Source: a candidate division FCPU426 bacterium
Lineage (GTDB): Bacteria > Oederibacteriota > Muellerivitia > Muellerivitales > Muellerivitaceae
Length of the DNA: 64,000 bases
NCBI GenBank assembly: GCA_963847625.1
Contig: CAWKAR010000025.1
Coordinates: 64,001 to 128,000, forward strand
Reading direction: 5' to 3'
Position numbers and translations under genes: made by a program. Positions 60,742-64,000 of the stretch are shown here, piece by piece. Each line of letters begins with the position of its first letter. Within the stretch, counting starts at the first letter, position 1. A model generated the notes under the pieces. It saw only the letters and a program-made list of their open reading frames with translations, was not told where the DNA came from and did no database searches.

Positions 60742-62516
60742 TTGCGGCCTCCTTTGCCTTTGGCTTTATCGGCGCCTTTGACGCGCGTCTTGGTTTCGGC
60801 CGTCAAGCGCTGTTGTTCGTCCTGTTTCGAAAACATCATATCCTTGACCGCCCCGCCGGCCGGAACCATGGGATAAACGTGCTCTTCCGCGTCCACGTGC
60901 ACATCCACGATGCAGGGCCCCTTGGTCTTGAACGCTTCCTCTAGCATCGAAGTCGTATCCTGGGGAGTCTCCGCGCGGTAGCCCTTGATGCCGTAGGATT
61001 CGGCCAGCTTGACGAAATCCGGCTGGGCCGGTATGGGCGTGCTCGCGTAGCGTTTGCCAAAAAAGAGGTCCTGCCACTGCTTCACGAAGCCCAGAAACTT
61101 GTTGTTGAAAATAACCACTTTGACGTTGAGATTGTACTGTTTGACGATCGCGAGTTCCTGCAGGTTCATCTGGAAGCTGCCATCGCCCGCCAAGTCCACG
61201 ACGGTTGCGTCCGGGAAGGCAAAAGAAGCCCCGATGGCCGCGGGAAAACCAAAACCCATGGTGCCCAGCCCCCCCGAGGTGATCAAACGCCGCGGCTTGG
61301 TGAATTTGTAATGTTGGGCTGACCACATCTGGTGCTGGCCCACTTCGGTGGCAACAATGGCATCGCCCTTGGTGAGGCGGTAAATCTCATCCACGACGAA
61401 CTGGGGTAGGATCGGGCCGTTCGGGTCCTGTTTGAACAACGCCAGCGGATGTTTCTTGTGCCAGGCATCCAATTCGTCGTACCACTCGTCGTAATCCTTG
61501 GTGCCAGCCATTTTGGTCAGGGCTGCGAGGATAGCGTTCATGTCGCCCAGGATATGGATGTCCACTTTCACGTTCTTGCCGATGGAGGTGGGGTCCACGT
61601 CGATGTGGATCTTCTTGGAGTGCGGAGAGAATTCTGAAATTTTTCCCGTCACCCGGTCATCAAATCGGCTACCGATGGCGATCAAGAGGTCGCAATGGGT
61701 CAAGGCCATATTGGCGCGGTAGGACCCGTGCATGCCCAACATATCGATAAACTGGCGGTTGTTGGCCGGGAAGGCCCCCAAGCCCATCAAGGTCAAGGTC
61801 ACGGGAATGTTGGTCTTCCGGGCGAACTGGTAGAGCGCGTCTGAGGCGTTCGCGTTGATGACGCCGCCACCCGCGTAGATGAGGGGTTTTTTGGCCTGCT
61901 GGATGAGCTCGGCCATCTTCCCGATCTGGCTAAAGTCGGGCTTGGGCACCAGTTTGGAAAGCGGAATAGACGTGTTCTTGGGGTACGGCACCTCGGCCGA
62001 AGCTGCCGAGATGTCCTTGGGAATATCCACTAGGACCGGCCCGGGGCGGCCCGTTCGCGCGATAAAAAAGGCGTCCCGTAGGATTTGGGGTAGTTCCATG
62101 ATGTTTTTCACTAGAAAGTTATGCTTGGTGCAGGAACGCGTGATTCCCACGATGTCGGCTTCCTGGAAGGCATCGGTTCCAATCAGAGTGGTCGGCACCT
62201 GGCCGGTAATAGCCACCAAAGGCACAGAATCCATGCAAGCATCTGCTAAACCTGTCACCAGGTTGGTGGCTCCGGGACCGGACGTGGCAATACAAACCCC
62301 CACCTTGCCCGTGGCCTTGGCATAACCTTCCGCCATGTGGATGGCCCCTTGTTCATGTCGGGTACCCACCAATTTGATTCGATCCGCGCAGTGATAAAGC
62401 GCGTCAAAAATCGGAAGAACCGCGCCCCCGGTTATTCCAAACATGATTTCCACGCCCTCGTCCATAAGCATGTCAGCAACCATTTGGGCTCCGGTTTTGA
62501 GTTTGATGTTAGACAT
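60738..62516 (-). CDS. ilvB: Acetolactate synthase large subunit
   Basis: RHEQGA, TSGPGATN, DAFQE, SGGLGTMG and GDGSFQMN motifs. Confidence 0.97.
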   Translation of the reverse strand: MSNIKLKTGAQMVADMLMDEGVEIMFGITGGAVLPIFDALYHCADRIKLVGTRHEQGAIHMAEGYAKATGKVGVCIATSGPGATNLVTGLADACMDSVPLVAITGQVPTTLIGTDAFQEADIVGITRSCTKHNFLVKNIMELPQILRDAFFIARTGRPGPVLVDIPKDISAASAEVPYPKNTSIPLSKLVPKPDFSQIGKMAELIQQAKKPLIYAGGGVINANASDALYQFARKTNIPVTLTLMGLGAFPANNRQFIDMLGMHGSYRANMALTHCDLLIAIGSRFDDRVTGKISEFSPHSKKIHIDVDPTSIGKNVKVDIHILGDMNAILAALTKMAGTKDYDEWYDELDAWHKKHPLALFKQDPNGPILPQFVVDEIYRLTKGDAIVATEVGQHQMWSAQHYKFTKPRRLITSGGLGTMGFGFPAAIGASFAFPDATVVDLAGDGSFQMNLQELAIVKQYNLNVKVVIFNNKFLGFVKQWQDLFFGKRYASTPIPAQPDFVKLAESYGIKGYRAETPQDTTSMLEEAFKTKGPCIVDVHVDAEEHVYPMVPAGGAVKDMMFSKQDEQQRLTAETKTRVKGADKAKGKGGRK

Positions 62517-62703
62517 GGTTTTCTCCCTAGAAGATCCCGCCCTTTGGGGTGAAAGACCCAGATTTTACAATAATTCCAAGCGTTTGTTCAGAAATACCGG
62601 CCATATTCGCAGTTAATTCCGCGGTTTAAGCCGCTTCTTGAATAAACCCTTTAATTTTCAGGTCGGGTATTCTGCTTTGGCGGGGTGACTTTGGCCTTAA
62701 AAC

Positions 62704-62743
62704 AAAAAAGCCGCGGTGGCCCCATTTGGCGGGACCCCGCGGC
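62704..62743 (-). terminator. Attenuator terminator of the ilv-leu operon
   Basis: Stem gccgcgg/ccgcggc plus T6, immediately after the leader peptide stop. Confidence 0.85.
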
Positions 62744-62756
62744 CTAGTAGCCGTCT

Positions 62757-62834
62757 TTAGGAGCGCACCGCCTCCGGACGCAATACAAGTACCAGTACCA
62801 AAAGAACTAAGTTAATTGCGTTTTCGAAGGCCAT
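62757..62834 (-). CDS. ilv-leu operon leader peptide MAFENAINLVLLVLVLVLRPEAVRS
   Basis: AAGGAG RBS; run of ten Leu/Val codons; upstream of the terminator and ilvB; absent from the ORF track. Confidence 0.88.
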   Translation of the reverse strand: MAFENAINLVLLVLVLVLRPEAVRS

Positions 62835-62869
62835 TTTTTCTCCTTAAAACAATCAGCTAAACTTATGGA

Positions 62870-62898
62870 AATATATCTTACCTATTTTTTCAAGTCAA
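62870..62898 (-). promoter_or_regulatory. sigma70 promoter of the ilv-leu leader
   Basis: TTGACT, 17-nt spacer, TATATT. Confidence 0.7.
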
Positions 62899-62920
62899 GG
62901 GGATTGAGGAAAAAATAATT

Positions 62921-63517
62921 TCATGGACTAAAACACTTCCATAAAAGCCATAGAAAAACAAAAAAGATACCCCAAACAATAAATGAATTTTTGAAATCAT
63001 CCCACCAAATGAGCCCCTTGTTTTCAGCAAAATACTTTCTAAAACGCCCAAAATAATAGATTGCGGGGGGCCCAAAAACCACGAATATTATTGAAGCTAT
63101 GATTATGGTTTTTTGCGTTTCCGGACTTTTTATAATCCGTAAAACAAGGAAAAACGAGATCAAAGCCATAGCCGATTGAATTATCCAAAAAACCACGTAT
63201 TTAAAAAGATGGGGTGGAATTTGGAAAATATAAATTTGCCATGATTTACTCATCGCGTTCATGGCATGGTGCTCTTTTGGTAGACGGGTACCACACCGGT
63301 AACAAAACTTGATCAATTTGCCTTTATGAAACCAGCTGTGATGATGAAGCGCTGTTGTATGTGGACAGGTTTTCACGATCCAAGACATGGAAATGGCAAA
63401 CCAAACACAAAGAGAGATCTGGATCACAAGACCAGCATTCAAGAACTGATAATCATAGTTGGAGGTAATCAGGCTTAATGCGAGGTTCAGGAACAAAAAC
63501 CAATACCAAGGCTCCAA
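62921..63517 (-). CDS. Hypothetical membrane protein with a Cys/His loop
   Basis: About five hydrophobic segments; CPHT...HHH...CYRCG loop. Confidence 0.6.
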   Translation of the reverse strand: MEPWYWFLFLNLALSLITSNYDYQFLNAGLVIQISLCVWFAISMSWIVKTCPHTTALHHHSWFHKGKLIKFCYRCGTRLPKEHHAMNAMSKSWQIYIFQIPPHLFKYVVFWIIQSAMALISFFLVLRIIKSPETQKTIIIASIIFVVFGPPAIYYFGRFRKYFAENKGLIWWDDFKNSFIVWGIFFVFLWLLWKCFSP

Positions 63518-63702
63518 TATTCCGATTAATCGTAAATCCTCCGTGGATTCCAGAAAATATCTTCAACCTTTTCCCAACGCCGTAAGTAATACCGGAACAA
63601 TCAAAAAGGAGGCCAAAACCATGAATTAAATTCCTTCCCAAAATTTAAAATATTATCCGGATCAATCCCCGGCTGAAAAGATAACGGCGGTTTTATTCTA
63701 TT

Positions 63703-63984
63703 TCAAACCATTAGTTTTTGGCGTATCCATAACGCAGCAAGAATCGAAAACCAAAGTATAAATACCACTCTTCCAATCGCTGAAAACCGTCCCATTTCTT
63801 TTCCCTCGGTTTTTTTTAAATAAAAACAAATGAGATAGTTGAAAAAACAAAGCGCCATCGCGCCGAAGGCTAATAAAAGCTTGTAATAAAAATAATATAA
63901 GGAACCAATCGCTAAAAGGGTTGAAAGGCCAAAATAAAAACCCATCCAACCCCAAAGCCAGGAAATTACAAGTTTATTTATCAA
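63703..63984 (-). CDS. Hypothetical small membrane protein
   Basis: 93-aa hydrophobic ORF; no family recognised. Confidence 0.4.
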   Translation of the reverse strand: MINKLVISWLWGWMGFYFGLSTLLAIGSLYYFYYKLLLAFGAMALCFFNYLICFYLKKTEGKEMGRFSAIGRVVFILWFSILAALWIRQKLMV

Positions 63985-64000
63985 TGCTGAATATTTATCA

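Overview
Bacterial chromosomal window, almost entirely on the minus strand; probably a diderm, poorly characterised lineage. The housekeeping backbone holds pcrA/uvrD (partial), rplM-rpsI, speE, queF, a futalosine-pathway menaquinone operon (ubiD-ubiE-ubiX ... ubiA-mqnE-mqnA-mqnC), truA, asd and an ilvB-ilvN-ilvC-psd-pssA-leuA-leuB operon preceded by a Leu/Val leader-peptide attenuator. About 19.5 kb of inserted DNA splits the menaquinone operon between ubiX and ubiA. The first insert is a decaying AT-rich island (about 19.6-26.1 kb) with signal peptidase I, a DUF5131/TcmP pair, IS30, IS3 and a 5'-truncated large serine recombinase that runs through a tRNA-like att remnant. The second is a 12.9 kb cell-envelope module bracketed by a 53-bp direct repeat of the ubiX 3' end. 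It encodes a SpoIID-like protein, an alpha-2-macroglobulin with an unusual ~500-aa repeated polytopic N-terminus, an L,D-transpeptidase, PBP1C and a phosphodiester-glycosidase-like protein. Three secreted Pro/Thr-linker proteins with FlgD/T9SS-CTD-like tails surround a DUF2723 (TMEM260-like) GT-C/TPR gene. There are four IS elements (two IS30, one IS3, one IS481). Five single-base frameshifts, most in homopolymers, may be sequencing errors. No CRISPR array, rRNA or full tRNA was seen. All calls come from motif recognition only; no searches were run.
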